Of a stretch of DNA of 64,000 nucleotides, positions 19,111-35,583 are shown in pieces. The stretch is from the human T2T-CHM13v2.0 reference genome, Homo sapiens, in the NCBI RefSeq assembly GCF_009914755.1, contig NC_060930.1. The stretch is one strand, 5' to 3'. Under the pieces are notes generated by a model. That model ran no database searches. It saw only the letters and a program-made list of their open reading frames with translations, and was not told where the DNA came from. Position 1 is the first letter of the stretch; every line of letters begins with the position of its first letter. Position numbers and translations under genes: made by a program.

Positions 19111-19279
19111 CTGCTTGAAACTTATTGATAGCATGGAACAATTTGAAAGCATTACTGCAAACTAGGACAACTGAATTTTAATAACCATGATGGATTGATC
19201 AATTCTGTATGTTCCTTATTAAAGCAACAGTGACAAGGGAGATGCTGTGTGTTCATTGTTGATGCTGCTTTGTTCACAG

Positions 19280-19436
19280 ATCTTTGAGAACCACCACCCC
19301 AGCCTTTACCCTTAACATTCCATCCGAGGCAAACCACACTGAGCAGCCGCCTGCAGGCCTGGGAGCAAGGCTACAGGAAGCAGGTGTTTCCATCCCTCCC
19401 AGGCGAGGCCGCCCAACACCAACACTGGAGAAGAAG
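19280..19436 (+). CDS. TTLL2: TTLL2 coding exon 2 (SLRTTTPAF…PTPTLEKK)
   Basis: Acceptor TTCACAG|A, donor AAG|GTGGGT; 157 nt; 47+157=204 nt restores phase 0. Confidence 0.9.
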
Positions 19437-19457
19437 GTGGGTGGGCAAGCCAGGTAG

Positions 19458-19720
19458 TTCCTTCCTTCCTTCCTTCCTTCCTTCCTTCCTTCCTTCCTTC
19501 CTTCCTTCTTTCCTCCTTCTTTTTTCCCCTCCCTCCCCTCTTCCTTCTTCTTTTTCTTTCCTCCTTCTCTCCTTCCTTCCCTTCCTCCTTCCTGCTCTCC
19601 CTCTTTCTTTCTCTGCTTGCTTCCCTCCCTCCTTCCTGCCCTCCCTCCTTCCTCCTTTTCTACTCTTTCCTTCCCTCATTTCCTCCTTCCTTCCTTCCCT
19701 CCCTCCCTCCTTCCTTTCTT
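19458..19720 (+). repeat. (TTCC)n / CT-rich simple repeat
   Basis: Direct inspection. Confidence 0.97.
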
Positions 19721-20745
19721 GTAAAACCTTCACGGAAAGTACAGCATCTGTCAAAATTTACTTCTTTTATATCAATCAGAAATTTTCAAACACTACAGAA
19801 TTTCCACCAAGTAAGTTATTTATATCATTATGTGATCAATTTTGCACGAACAATACAAATCAAAATTGCCTTAGCTTGAAAATTTTGATGAGCACGTTGT
19901 CTCAGGACTTTGACATATGTACATTTTTATCAAGAGTCTTTGACGTTTTTTACCTTTTCTCTAGATCTTAATGAAACAACACACTTCATCATCAGTTATG
20001 ATCGTCTTAAGAATTATTCTGCTTTCCTTCTTCGAAGTTCAAAAGAATATTTCAAATCTGCCTTTTATCTTTTAAAATGTGAGGCAAAATCTCTACATTA
20101 TTATTTTTACTGAATAGGTTTTAAAAACTTAAGTTGTTCTTTCCGACTCTCTTTGTCACTAATAACCACTTATTTGAGTGACCCAAGCCTCTATGCACCG
20201 AAACCCCTCCAGTGGGCCTGATGGGTCAGGTGGGTGCATGGGGAACCATGGTAGGTGCCTGGCCTTCTTAAATTTCTCAGGCCAAAAGAACTCTTACTAA
20301 TTTTATGACATCATTGTTTCACACCTCTTGTAACATACTTGAATTCATTTAACTAAATGAAAGTTGACATTCGTGTTTTGTTCTTAATCATGCTCACTTT
20401 TTAGGCCAACAGGACGGGCCGCAGATATGGGTCTGCAGGGACTCAGCCCTCAAAAGTATGATAGAGTATTTGCAAACATTTTTAACATGTTACTAACAGA
20501 ATGCAATAGCAGGGCAAAATCGGAAGAAAGAGTAAAGGGGTTCCCAGGACAAGATGGATTTATTCTAATAAAGGGAGCAGAGATGGGTGCATTGGTGAAG
20601 AGACGTGGGTGTCCGGTGAGACTGCACAGTGGGAGGGTGGACACACAGGACAGCTGGCAGCACCGGGTGCACGGTTTCCTCAGAAAAATCTACTAGGTTA
20701 TGGTCTTGACCACTCTCCTAACCTTTCTCAATGATCCATTTTTAG

Positions 20746-22320
20746 AAAAAACCTCATTTGATGGCGGAAGATGAACCTTCAGGGGCCCTCTTGAAGCCGC
20801 TGGTTTTTCGCGTTGACGAGACCACCCCGGCTGTGGTGCAAAGCGTCCTCCTGGAGAGGGGGTGGAATAAGTTTGATAAGCAGGAGCAGAACGCGGAGGA
20901 CTGGAACCTGTACTGGAGGACATCCTCTTTCCGAATGACCGAACACAACAGTGTTAAACCGTGGCAGCAGCTAAACCACCACCCTGGAACCACCAAGCTT
21001 ACCAGGAAAGACTGTTTGGCCAAACACCTGAAGCACATGAGGAGGATGTATGGCACTTCCCTGTACCAGTTCATCCCCCTGACGTTCGTCATGCCCAATG
21101 ACTATACCAAGTTCGTGGCTGAATACTTTCAGGAGAGGCAGATGCTGGGCACCAAGCATAGCTATTGGATTTGCAAGCCTGCTGAGTTATCTCGTGGGAG
21201 GGGGATACTAATTTTCAGTGACTTTAAAGACTTCATCTTTGATGATATGTACATAGTGCAGAAATATATCTCCAATCCTTTACTTATTGGCAGATATAAA
21301 TGTGATCTCCGCATCTATGTTTGTGTTACTGGCTTTAAGCCTTTGACCATTTATGTTTATCAGGAAGGGTTGGTTCGGTTTGCCACGGAAAAGTTTGACC
21401 TCAGTAATTTGCAAAACAATTATGCCCATTTGACCAACAGCAGCATCAATAAATCCGGGGCCTCTTATGAGAAGATCAAAGAAGTGATTGGTCATGGTTG
21501 TAAATGGACGCTCAGCAGATTTTTTTCCTACCTTCGTAGCTGGGATGTGGACGATCTGCTTTTGTGGAAGAAAATCCACCGCATGGTTATTCTCACCATT
21601 CTCGCCATTGCACCATCTGTCCCCTTTGCTGCCAATTGCTTTGAGCTCTTTGGGTTTGATATTTTGATTGATGACAACTTGAAACCATGGCTTTTAGAGG
21701 TCAACTACAGCCCAGCCTTGACCTTGGATTGTTCAACAGATGTGTTGGTGAAGAGAAAACTTGTCCATGATATTATTGACCTGATTTACTTAAATGGTCT
21801 AAGAAATGAGGGGAGAGAAGCCAGTAATGCCACACATGGAAATTCCAACATCGACGCTGCAAAAAGTGACAGAGGTGGGCTTGATGCTCCTGACTGTCTT
21901 CCTTATGATTCTCTTTCGTTCACAAGCAGAATGTACAACGAGGATGACTCTGTGGTGGAGAAAGCTGTGAGTGTGCGTCCTGAAGCTGCACCTGCCTCCC
22001 AGCTGGAAGGAGAGATGAGTGGGCAGGATTTTCATCTGTCAACAAGGGAGATGCCACAAAGCAAGCCCAAGTTACGGAGCAGGCACACGCCTCACAAGAC
22101 ACTCATGCCCTACGCGTCCCTCTTCCAGTCGCACTCCTGCAAGACCAAGACCTCCCCGTGTGTCCTGTCAGACCGTGGCAAAGCTCCAGATCCCCAAGCA
22201 GGCAACTTTGTTCTTGTTTTTCCTTTCAATGAAGCAACTCTCGGAGCTTCCAGGAATGGATTAAATGTCAAAAGAATAATCCAAGAGCTCCAGAAACTAA
22301 TGAATAAGCAACATTCCTAA
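20746..22320 (+). CDS. TTLL2: TTLL2 coding exon 3: complete TTL (ATP-grasp) domain; probable tubulin polyglutamylase, 592 aa in total
   Basis: Acceptor TTTTTAG|AAA; motifs WICKP…RGRGI, VQKYI, KCDLRIYV, GLVRFATE, HLTN, FELFGFDILID, PWLLEVNYSP; TAA ends at 22320. Confidence 0.97.
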   Translation, partial: KKPHLMAEDEPSGALLKPLVFRVDETTPAVVQSVLLERGWNKFDKQEQNAEDWNLYWRTSSFRMTEHNSVKPWQQLNHHPGTTKLTRKDCLAKHLKHMRRMYGTSLYQFIPLTFVMPNDYTKFVAEYFQERQMLGTKHSYWICKPAELSRGRGILIFSDFKDFIFDDMYIVQKYISNPLLIGRYKCDLRIYVCVTGFKPLTIYVYQEGLVRFATEKFDLSNLQNNYAHLTNSSINKSGASYEKIKEVIGHGCKWTLSRFFSYLRSWDVDDLLLWKKIHRMVILTILAIAPSVPFAANCFELFGFDILIDDNLKPWLLEVNYSPALTLDCSTDVLVKRKLVHDIIDLIYLNGLRNEGREASNATHGNSNIDAAKSDRGGLDAPDCLPYDSLSFTSRMYNEDDSVVEKAVSVRPEAAPASQLEGEMSGQDFHLSTREMPQSKPKLRSRHTPHKTLMPYASLFQSHSCKTKTSPCVLSDRGKAPDPQAGNFVLVFPFNEATLGASRNGLNVKRIIQELQKLMNKQHS

Positions 22321-23039
22321 GTGGTAAAAAATCAAATCAAGAAAAAGTGACATGGATTTTTAAAAACCAAGGATCCTGTCCTAGAGAAAGCAATAGTTCA
22401 AGTCCCTACCTGTGCCACCAGCATGTTAACTATGACATTGGGACTGAAGATGTGGCCATATGTATAAATATAACAGCTCTGACAAAGCACAATATGTTCA
22501 AGTGGTGATTAAACTACATTACATCCCATGTTTATTTGCTCAGGTGTCTTGAAAGAATTCTACAAATACCACACAGCCTCCCACCGGTAATTGAATATGC
22601 TACACTACGATTATGCTATGTATGTATTTAAAGAGGAGAAAAAGATTATTCTAATATTTTTAAAGGATTATTAGGTGAAAACAGTACAAAAGAAGCCAGG
22701 AGTTAACTTTCTGTGTGTTTTTTTTTAAATCAACCAGTTATTTGTTAAAATTATTTTGTTAACTTAAGATCAGACAATCATTCAGAGTGAGATAAATCAC
22801 TGAAAGCCCTAATGACTCTGTTGTTTACAAATCCTGGGCTTGAAATCAGACTTTGCACCAAAGAGCTCCCTGTGGGGGCATCTTTGGGCTGTATTTAAAT
22901 AGTGGCCCCTTGGCCTTGTCACCATTTGTTTACCATCACAGCATGTGAGGTCATGGCCTCCCAGATCAAAGTATGCTGTCATTCCTGCCACATAAAAAGC
23001 ATCTGCAGTCCTAAGACATAAAAATTCCAGTAGGTTACT

Positions 23040-23320
23040 TGAAAACATTATTCTAGTGAAAGTAGTCAGATACAAAAGGCCACATGTTGTATGACTCCGT
23101 TGATATGGAATGTCAGAATTGGCAAATCCATCAAAAGCAGATTGGTGGCTTAGGGGAGGGGTAATGAGGAGTGCCTACTGATGGGTAGGGGGCTTCCCTT
23201 TGGGGTGACAGAAATGTTCTGGAACTATATAGAGGTGATGGTTGCACAGCACGGGGAATTCACTAAGTATCACTCATGGTACATTTTGTGTTATGTGTGT
23301 TTTACCACAATAAAAAAGTT
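23040..23320 (+). mobile_element. Old L1MB-like 3' end; its AATAAA (23309-23314) is a candidate TTLL2 poly(A) signal
   Basis: TTGAAAACATTATTCTAGTGAAAG…AAGGCCACATGTTGTATGA…TTTTACCACAATAAAAAA. Confidence 0.6.
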
Positions 23321-23323
23321 AAA

Positions 23324-23450
23324 AGCTGGCCATGGTGGCTCTTGCCTTCAATCCCAGCATTTTGGGAGGACAAGGTGGGAGGATCTCTTGAGCCCAGGTG
23401 TTTAAGACCAGCCTGAGCAACATAACAAGACTCTTCTCACTTAAAAAAAA
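23324..23450 (+). mobile_element. Alu left monomer (FLAM-like)
   Basis: Single arm …GGAGGATCTCTTGAGCCCAGG… followed by an A tail. Confidence 0.8.
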
Positions 23451-26400
23451 GAAAAATTATTTTTTTATTTTAAAAAAAAAGGTAGGGATGGGGAAGCGCA
23501 GACAGGCGTATCTCCCAGCAGGTTCCTGGGTGGGCAGGCCTGGTCGCAGGTCATAGCTGAGAAGAGCTGGAGCCAGTTGAGAAGATCCCCCGTGGACCAA
23601 GGTCAGAAGTCAGCCTGCAGGGGCACTGCTAGACGTGTGCCTCCAGGGTCCCCAGGTGGACAGAACCACTCTCAGTCTGCAGGCAGGATGGGCCAGGACC
23701 GAGGTCCAGGGCCCTTTGAGGATCTGCCATAGGACAGAGGTTGGCAAGCCTACTCCAGGGACGGAATTGTGTGTCTCCTGGCAGGACCCCGGCTCGGCAG
23801 AACTCTCCCAGATCATAGCCTGGTAGGAAAGGCTAGACCCGAGCCCCAGGGCTGTGTCAGGATCTGCAAGGGTCCAAGTTCATTAAGCTCCATCCAGGGG
23901 CACTGGTGGGTGAGACTCTAGCAGTTCCCTATGTGACTGGAACTTCTCCTGGGTGGCAGTAGAATGGGGCTGGAGTCAGCATTCAGAGCTTGTTCAGGCT
24001 CTGCAATGGGACAGAGGCCAGCAACCCTATCGTGGTGGCCTAGACCAGCGAGTCTCCCAGCAGGCCCCTGTGTTGTTAAGAGGGCTCCTGGGTCACAGCC
24101 GAGAGGGCCTAGAGCCAAGAGAGGGTCCCGTCAGCATCTGCTGTGGAACAAGACCCACCGCAAGCCTCTGGGTGTTTCAGATGGGTGGGTCTCTCTCTGG
24201 GTCCTCGTAGGAGCAGGATTAACCTGCAACCACAGCTGAGGGGGGCTGGTGCCAAGGCACAGGGTAATTTTCACATCCACAGCTGGGACCATGTAGGTGG
24301 ACCTGCCTGCTGAGGCACTGCTGTGCGTGACTTCTCCAGGACTCCTTGGCAGGTGGTTTAGGTAGACTGAAAGTGAAGGGATGGAAAAAGATATTTCAGG
24401 CAAATGGAAACCAAAAGAGAGCAAGAATGGCTATCCTTATGTCTGAAAAAACAGACTTTAAGTCAATAACTGTAAAAAGAGACAAAGATGGTCCTTACAT
24501 AATAATAAAGGGGCCCATTCATCAAGAGCATGTTACAATTTTTAAGTCTGTGTACCCAACATTGGGCCACCTAAATATGTAAAGCCAATAATAATCAATC
24601 TGAAAGGAGACATAGACTGCAATATGATAGCAGCAGGAGGGCTTCAATACCCGACTTTCAACAGCAGACAGATCATCCAGACAGAAAATCAGTAAGGAAA
24701 CATTGGGCTTGAAACTCACATTGGCCCAACTGGACCTAACAGTCATGCACAGAACATTCTCCAGGATAGATCATAGGTGAGGCCACAAAGCAAATCTTAG
24801 CAGCTTTAAGAGGACTGGATTCATATCAGGTTTCTTCTCTGACCACAGTGGAATAAAAATAGACATCAAAAACAGGACGATTTTTTTTAAAAAATCACAA
24901 ACATGTGGAAATTAAGCAATATGCTCCTGAACAACCACTGAGTCAAAGAAGAAATTAAAAAGGAAATTTTAAAATATCTTGATACAAATGAAAATGGAAA
25001 CACAACATACCAAAACTTATGGGATGCAGCAAAAGAAGTTATAAAAGAAAAGTTTATACCAATAAATGTCCATATCAAAAAAAAAAAAGATCTCAAATAA
25101 ACATCTGAACAATGCATTTCAGGGAAGTAGGAAAATAAACTCAACCCAAAGTCAGAAGAAAGGAAATAAAAACTAGAGCAGAAATAAATGAAATAGACAC
25201 TAGAAAAACAATAGAAAAGAACAATGAAACTACTTGGTTTTTTAAAAACATAAAAAAATTGTTAAATCTTTCACTAACTGAGGAAAAAAAAGATGACAAT
25301 AAAATCAGAAATGAAAGAGGAGACATTACAACTGATACCACAGAAATACAAAGAATCATAAGAGACTATTGTGAATAATTATATTCCAAGTAATTGGATA
25401 ACCTAAGAGAAATGGATAAACTTCTAGACACATACAACCTAACAAGACTTAATCATGAAGAAATGGAAAGCCTGAATAGACCAATAACAAGTAAGGATAT
25501 TGAATCCATAATAGAAAGTTGCTCATTAAAAAAAGTCCAGGACCTGATGACTTCACTTCTAAATTCTACCAAATATTTAAAGAAGAACAAATACCAATAC
25601 TCCTCAACTCTTCCAAAAACCTGAAGAAAATACTTCTAAATTCATTTTACAAGGCCAGACAAGGACACTACAAGAAAGAAAATTATAGACCAATATCTCT
25701 GATGAACATAGATGCAGAAATCCTCAACAAAATACTAGCAAACTGAATTCAACAGCACTTCAAAGGATCAGAATCAAGTGGATTTTCCCCTGGGATTTGA
25801 GGATGGTTCAACATAGGCAAATTAATAAATATAGTACCCCATATTAACAGAACAAAGGGCAAAAATCATTTGATCATCTTGATAGACACACATACAAAAA
25901 AAGGATTTGACAAATTCAAAAACCTTTCATGATAAAAATTCTCAGCAAAGTAGAATCAAAGAGGTTACCTCAACACAGTAAAGATCGTATATGGCAAGCC
26001 TGAAGCTCCCATCATACTCAATAGTAAAATGTTGAAACCTTTTCCTCTAAGGTCAGGAACAACATGAGGATACCTGCTCTCACCACTTCTGCTCAACATC
26101 ATACTGGAAGTCCTAGTCAGCATTAAGAAAACAAACAAACAAACAAACAAATAGGAAAGAAAGAAATAAAATTGTCTCTGTTTGTTGATGACATAATCTT
26201 ATATATAGAAAACCCTAGAGATCTCACCCCAAACTGTTGCAAACTCAAACAAATTCAGTAAAGTTGCAGGATACAAAATCAACAAGCAAAAAGCAGTTGC
26301 ATTTCTACACACTAACAACAAACTATATAAAAAAGAAATTAAGAAAATCTCATTTACAATAACATCAAAACAATAAAAATACTTAGCAGTAAATTTAACC

Positions 26401-28007
26401 AAAGAGGTGAAAAATATGTACGCTGAAAATTGTAAAATGTGATGAAAGAAATTGAAGATGACACATATTAAAATATTATCCTGTGTTCATAAACTGTCAG
26501 AATGAATATTGTTAAAATGTCTGCACTACCCAAAGCAATCTACAGATTCAATACAATTTCTATCAAAATCCCAATATCATTTTTCATAGAAATAGAAAAC
26601 ACAATCCTAAAATTTGTATGGAACCACAAGAGACCCCAAATAGACACAGCAATCCTGAACATAGAGAACAGAGCTAGAAGCATAGCACTATTTATTTTCA
26701 AAACAGATTACAAAGCTAGAGTAACCAAGCCAGCATGGTGGTTGCATGAACACATACGCATCGACCAGTGGGACGGGATAGAGAGGCCAGAAATCAAGCC
26801 ACGTATTTACAGGGAATTGATCTTTGACTAAGGTGCCAAGAACACACAACAGGAAAGAGCAGTCTCTTCATCAAATGGTGCTGGGAAAACTAAGTGCAGA
26901 AAGATGAGATTGGACCTTTTGTTCACACCACATACAAAAATCAACTCAAAATGGATTAGAGGCCCAAACAAAAGACCTGAAACTGTGCAAGTACTAGAAC
27001 AAAACATAAGGAAAAAGCTGCACAACATTGGTCTGGTCAATGATTTCTTGGATATCACCCCAAAAGAGTAGGTAACAAAAACAAAAATAAATGGGATTAG
27101 ATCAAACTAAAAGCGCCTACACAGCAAAGGAAACAACAGAGGGGAGACACAACCCCCAGGCTGGGAGGAAATATTTGTAAACTCTGTATGTGATAAGGGG
27201 CTAGTTTCAAAAATATATTTAAAAATTCAAATACGAGCAAAGGACCTGACTAGACATTCTCAAAAGAAGACACACAAATGGCCGAGAGATACATGAAAAA
27301 ATGCTCACTATCATGAATCATCAGGGAAATGCAAATTAAAACCACTAGAGCACTTCATACCTGTTAGAATGGATATTATTAAAAAGGTGATCCATTACAA
27401 TATCCCTTCTAACAGGTATGAAGTGATATCACACTTTGTGTTTTGCTGGGGATGTGGAGAAAAGGAAGTCTTTGTACACTGCTAGTAGGAATGTAAATTA
27501 ATACAGCCATTGTTTTAAAAAAGTATGGATGTTCCTCAAGAAACAAAAAATGGAATTACCATATGATCCAGCAATCCCACTTCTGGGTATATTTTCAAGA
27601 GAAATGAAATCAACATGTCAAAGAGATGTCTGCACCTCCATGTTCCTGGCATCATTATTCCCCATAAGACACGGAAGCAACCGAAGTGTCCAACCACAGA
27701 TGAGTGGATAAAGAAAGGCTGGTGTATATCTACAATGAAACGCCATTCAGCCTTTAAAAAAGAAGGACACTGTCATTTGTGACAACATGGGTAAACCTAA
27801 AACACATTATGCTAAGTGAAGAAAGCCAGGCGCAGAAAAATAAGTATCACAGGGCTTCCCTTGTACATGTAATCTAAAAATGTTAAGTTAATTGAAGTAG
27901 AGAGTAGAATGCTGGTTACCAGAGGCTGAGGAGTGGGTAGGGGTGGCAAATGAAGAAATGCTAGTCAAAGGGTACAAAGTTCAGTGAGGCAGAAGAACTA
28001 AGTTCTA

Positions 28008-29433
28008 TGAAGCCGTGGTGGGGAACTGCTGCGGGAGGGGCCGGGGGAGCGGCTGCGCTCTTGGTCGGCCAAGTGGAAACCCATGTGCCTTGGTCTGTGG
28101 GCCTGGCTGAGGCGATGCAGCTCTCCCAGGAGCAGAGAATCACCCTGGCAGGAGCGTGGAATCCTGGCTGAGTTCTTCCCATTTGGTATCAACAGCATTT
28201 TATATCAGCACAGCACATACCCACCTGAAGCCTTCATTGGAGTGCAGAGTACAGACTCACCTTGCTTGTAACTACAGATCCTGTGCTCATACAATACCTA
28301 AATAATGTGCTCGAACAACCAAAGGATTGGCTATACAAATGTTCGTTCATAAATTCGCCACAGTCATTGCAAATATTGAAAGTGGTGATGTCCTTGAAGG
28401 AAGGCACTTTGATACTGAGTGTGACAAGACTGCAAAAGATGACGGTGCACCCAGAGAACAGAGAGCGCACCCAGAGAAAGGAGGACAGGTAACCCAGAGA
28501 AAGGAGGACACTGAACCCAGAGAAAAGTCTCAGAAAGCTATCCAGGACAAAATCCATCCAGCGATCAGATGAACCACAGTTAGTGACATTTCTGCAACTG
28601 TTGAATTTTCTTGTTCATTCGATCTATGATTTATGCAAAGATCTGGTTGTACCTGGAAGATGGGAAGAGTGGGGACCACAGTTCATGACCAATCCGAGCA
28701 AGTCTCCCTTCATTCATTTGCTGCTACATCCACACAGCTCACAGCGTGGTGACCCACAAAACCTTGTCAATGACCGAGGATGACATGAGGAAGATAGTGT
28801 AATTTTCAAACGTGGTTTTCCTGAAACCAAGTCAACTATAGCTGATATGTTTTATTTCACTGGTTAATGTTGACACGGGAAAAACCAATATTATACTTTA
28901 CTGAACTTTGTGTAATTGGTCCATTTTTTTGATACCTGTTAGGCTTACCATGGGGTTGACATAATGAATTTATTGCACATTGTTCAAAAGGAACCAGGAG
29001 GTTTTTGCCAGCACCGTAGTGTAAATTCCATTGCAGATGGTAACTGTAGATGGAAAAACTTTTGCTATAAAATGAAATGCTTCCTTAAATCAGACATTCT
29101 GGTAAAGTGGCTTGACTCAGCACAGGTGGGGAGATATTTAAATATAAAATACAATGAAAGCAGTCTAAATATTTAGAATCTTGGTTTAGATCCTGAAAGT
29201 AACTAATAATCCATAAGCAATGCAATATTGCTCTACTGGATCCTTTTGACATTTATTTCATCATGTAGTTTTCCATATTTAATAAATTTACAGATTTAAT
29301 TTATATAACTTGAACCTATGAAGGAACAGATATTTCTACTGTTTAATGTCCTGTGATGTAGAACTCTTGAAAAAATTTTTTATTTTATATAATCAAGCTT
29401 TAAGTAAAAAATGAAGAAATAAAGTTAAACGTG
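28008..29433 (+). pseudogene. MAD2L1 processed pseudogene (5'UTR, disrupted CDS ~28108-28777, 3'UTR)
   Basis: Fragments AEFFPFGINSILYQ, LVTTD…YLNNVLEQ.KDWLYKC, NIESGDVLE…ECDKTAKDD.APREKSQKAIQD and KDLVVP..WEE.GPQF match MAD2 (HORMA domain); intronless, frameshifted; AATAAA near 29417; TSD AAGTTCTA. Confidence 0.9.
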
Positions 29434-29709
<276 letters not shown>

Positions 29710-29949
29710 ATAAAAGAAGTTCTAGTGATCTGTTGCATAGCATGGTGACGATAGTCAATAATAATGTAGTGTATATTTCGAAATTGCTAAAATAATAGAT
29801 TTTCAATGTTTTCTTCACACAGAAAAAATGATGCCTGTAAAGTAATGGATATGTTATTTAGCTTCATTCAATCATTCCACAATGCAAACATACATCAAAA
29901 CTTCACATTGTACCTAAGAAATATATACAATTACCGTCGGTTGAAATTA

Positions 29950-30398
<449 letters not shown>

Positions 30399-32278
30399 TT
30401 ATACGTTCTCAACTCTGTTCCAGGAAAGATTTAAAGGACGCAAGTAAGAAGGCAAGCCCGTCAAGGCTGCTCCGATTTTAAATGTCAGTTCAGCTCCTAC
30501 TTTATGGGGTTTGGCAAATAGAGTTAAGGGCCTTTTCCTCAAATGCTCAAACATTCCAATGAGACTAAATCAAGCAACTGGAATCGCTTGAAAACCAGAG
30601 ACCAGATTCCATTCTCCCTCCGTTTTTTTGAAATCTTCACTTCTTTATCACTAGCTGGGTTTCGATGACTCTTCAGGTGTAAAGGTCAACCTCACAGAAA
30701 TGGGAAAACCTGTGTTGTTAGGAAGGATGGTTTTATGTGAGCATTTGAAGTTTTAGGGCAAGAATGGCCTCGGGCCATCTGTCAGGAGAAGCTGCCACAT
30801 CTGGCAGTATCTCTCCCAGGGTGAAACGTGCGCAGATTAAATTGAAGTAATAACGAGCTCACGTGGAGTCTGAGACGAGACAGGAAATTTGTATGCACGG
30901 CATGTGCCTTCGGTGCCCGGGCTATGGAGGAAAGAACACAGACAGTCTTCCTGAGGTGGGGCAGACAAAACCGGTGAAAGTGAAGGAGAATTAAGGCGCT
31001 ACACGGTGGTCATTCAAAAAGCCTCAGAATTCCCCTCCTAAGAAGATGGAACAGGCGTGCGTTTTCCTCCGTCCCGCAGGTGCAACCGGAAACCTCGGGC
31101 AGTGCCCATCAGACAAACGCAGGAAGACGAGAGGCGGAGAGAGGAAGCCCGGGGGAGCCGGGGGACCCTGAGAACGACAGGGTGGGGCGTTCCTGGCGTT
31201 TTTTTTTTTTGACTCTTCCACCCCAAACTGGGTGCTCACAAGGACGCGGAGGAAGACAGCCCCCGCTGCTGTCTCCAGCCAGAGCACTGGGAGAGGCGCG
31301 GCTCCAGGAAACATTTCAAGGACCCTGGGAAATGGGTGGAGATCTCCGAATCTAAAAAACCTTCAGGAGACTGGAAGTGTTTTGAAGTTGAGGGTTGTGG
31401 TTCTTTCTCATTTGGTTTCAAAACAGGATCCCCATTTCCCTTAATGTAGGATTCGAAGGCATAAGCAGAAGAGGAAAGGGGTGTCAAGGTCAGAGCCGCC
31501 TAGAAGCAGAAGCGCAGGCCAGCGAGATGCTCTTCAGAGTGACTTCGCTGTGGGCTGCGGCAGGCAACAGAAGGAACTCAGCATCCACTGGCCACGATCC
31601 CCTCCCCGGAGCGGAGGACAGAGCCCAGTTTCTTCAGGCGGTGGCTCCAGCCAGCTCTGCCCCACAGGGAAGGAGCGCGCAGCTGCCACACACCGCAGGC
31701 AGCGCTGACAGACTCGGCCTTCCGGGAGCGCAGGCGGGTGGGGGGCGCCGCCCTTGTCGCTGTCCGGAGCCCCGCAGGCCCGTGGCCCCCTGCCTGGTTC
31801 TCCCGCCTCTGCAAGCCTAGCCTTCAGGACTCCGCCTCGCCCCCCTCTTTTCTGTTCGGAGACTCACGGGGCCGTCTGTCTGGACCACGTGTGCACATTT
31901 CTGACCACGATTCCTCCGCACACCAGCTACAGGCACCGCAGCGGTGGGGACGGCACAGCTGAACTGTGCTGGCAGCGAAGGGGCCTCACGGGGACGGCTC
32001 AGCTCCCTGAGGGCGCAACCCACCTGGTCCGGGGGCGGGGGGGGGGTGAGGAATAAACTTCCGCGGTTTTCAGTGACCCAGTTTGTTGCATGGCACATGT
32101 TGGAAAGGTGAATCTGACCGCGTTGACCGCGTTACTTCAGAGATGCGCTGTGAGCTGCTTTGTGCCGCGAAATGACCTGTTTACCCGACAGCGCCCTCTG
32201 CAGCCCAGCGCCGGAACGGGCTTTTTCATGATGTTCCTGCGTTGTGTTTACAGCCTCCCTGCGAGGGGTTCGCACGCA

Positions 32279-34904
<2,626 letters not shown>

Positions 34905-35583
34905 TAAGGTGAGGCAGCAGCCTAGGAGCTAGTGCAGCCTGCCAGGTGCTGTGTGTTCCCAGCAAGCAAGGACACTTGGGAAGTGATACAAAGACAGAAA
35001 AGTTTTGGTCGTTTGAGAATCAACCCATAATAAAAAATAAATAATGAAATATGGTTAATTGAAGTAAGTTGATTACAAACTGAAAATGATATTCAGAAGA
35101 AAAAAGTTATATACAAAGATGGTTGTGATACAAAAAAATATAATGACACATTTAATTTTATTCCCTTTAATAAATGAGGAATGTGGTCTTACTCCTTCCA
35201 TTGTCTGCTTCTAAAGTATAGATATAAACCTGTATCTATCTGCAGATGCAGATAAGAAACCTGGGAAACCACAAGAAAGCCAAGTAGCCTGGGAAAAAAT
35301 GGGCATTGAGCCAAGAGCAAAAAATAAGAGTCGATCCCGTTGGTGCCACCTGACAGCAGAGATGGCTGAGGACCCCCGAGCGTGAGTCCAGAGAGCTGCC
35401 CTGCAGCCCCACCCTGCCTTTCCAGGATGAACCTTCTCTGGGAAGCCACTGCTCATTCGGAAAGTGAAGAATGCCTGTGTTTCCAACACCAACACCAGCT
35501 CTCCTGACGTCTCAGAATGCCAGGACCACGCGTGATGGAACACCAGGCAGGGGAGACTCAAATATACAAGGCGAGAGGCCAGG

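Noticed and set aside
18342-19165. Long Cys/Val-rich or His/Thr-rich ORFs (up to 212 aa)
   Set aside because: Translations of the CA/TG simple repeat
19371-19971. 195-aa and 127-aa ORFs
   Set aside because: Products of the (TTCC)n repeat; a different frame from TTLL2 exon 2
31024-32098. Cluster of 60-141 aa ORFs
   Set aside because: Expected from stop-codon depletion in a CpG island
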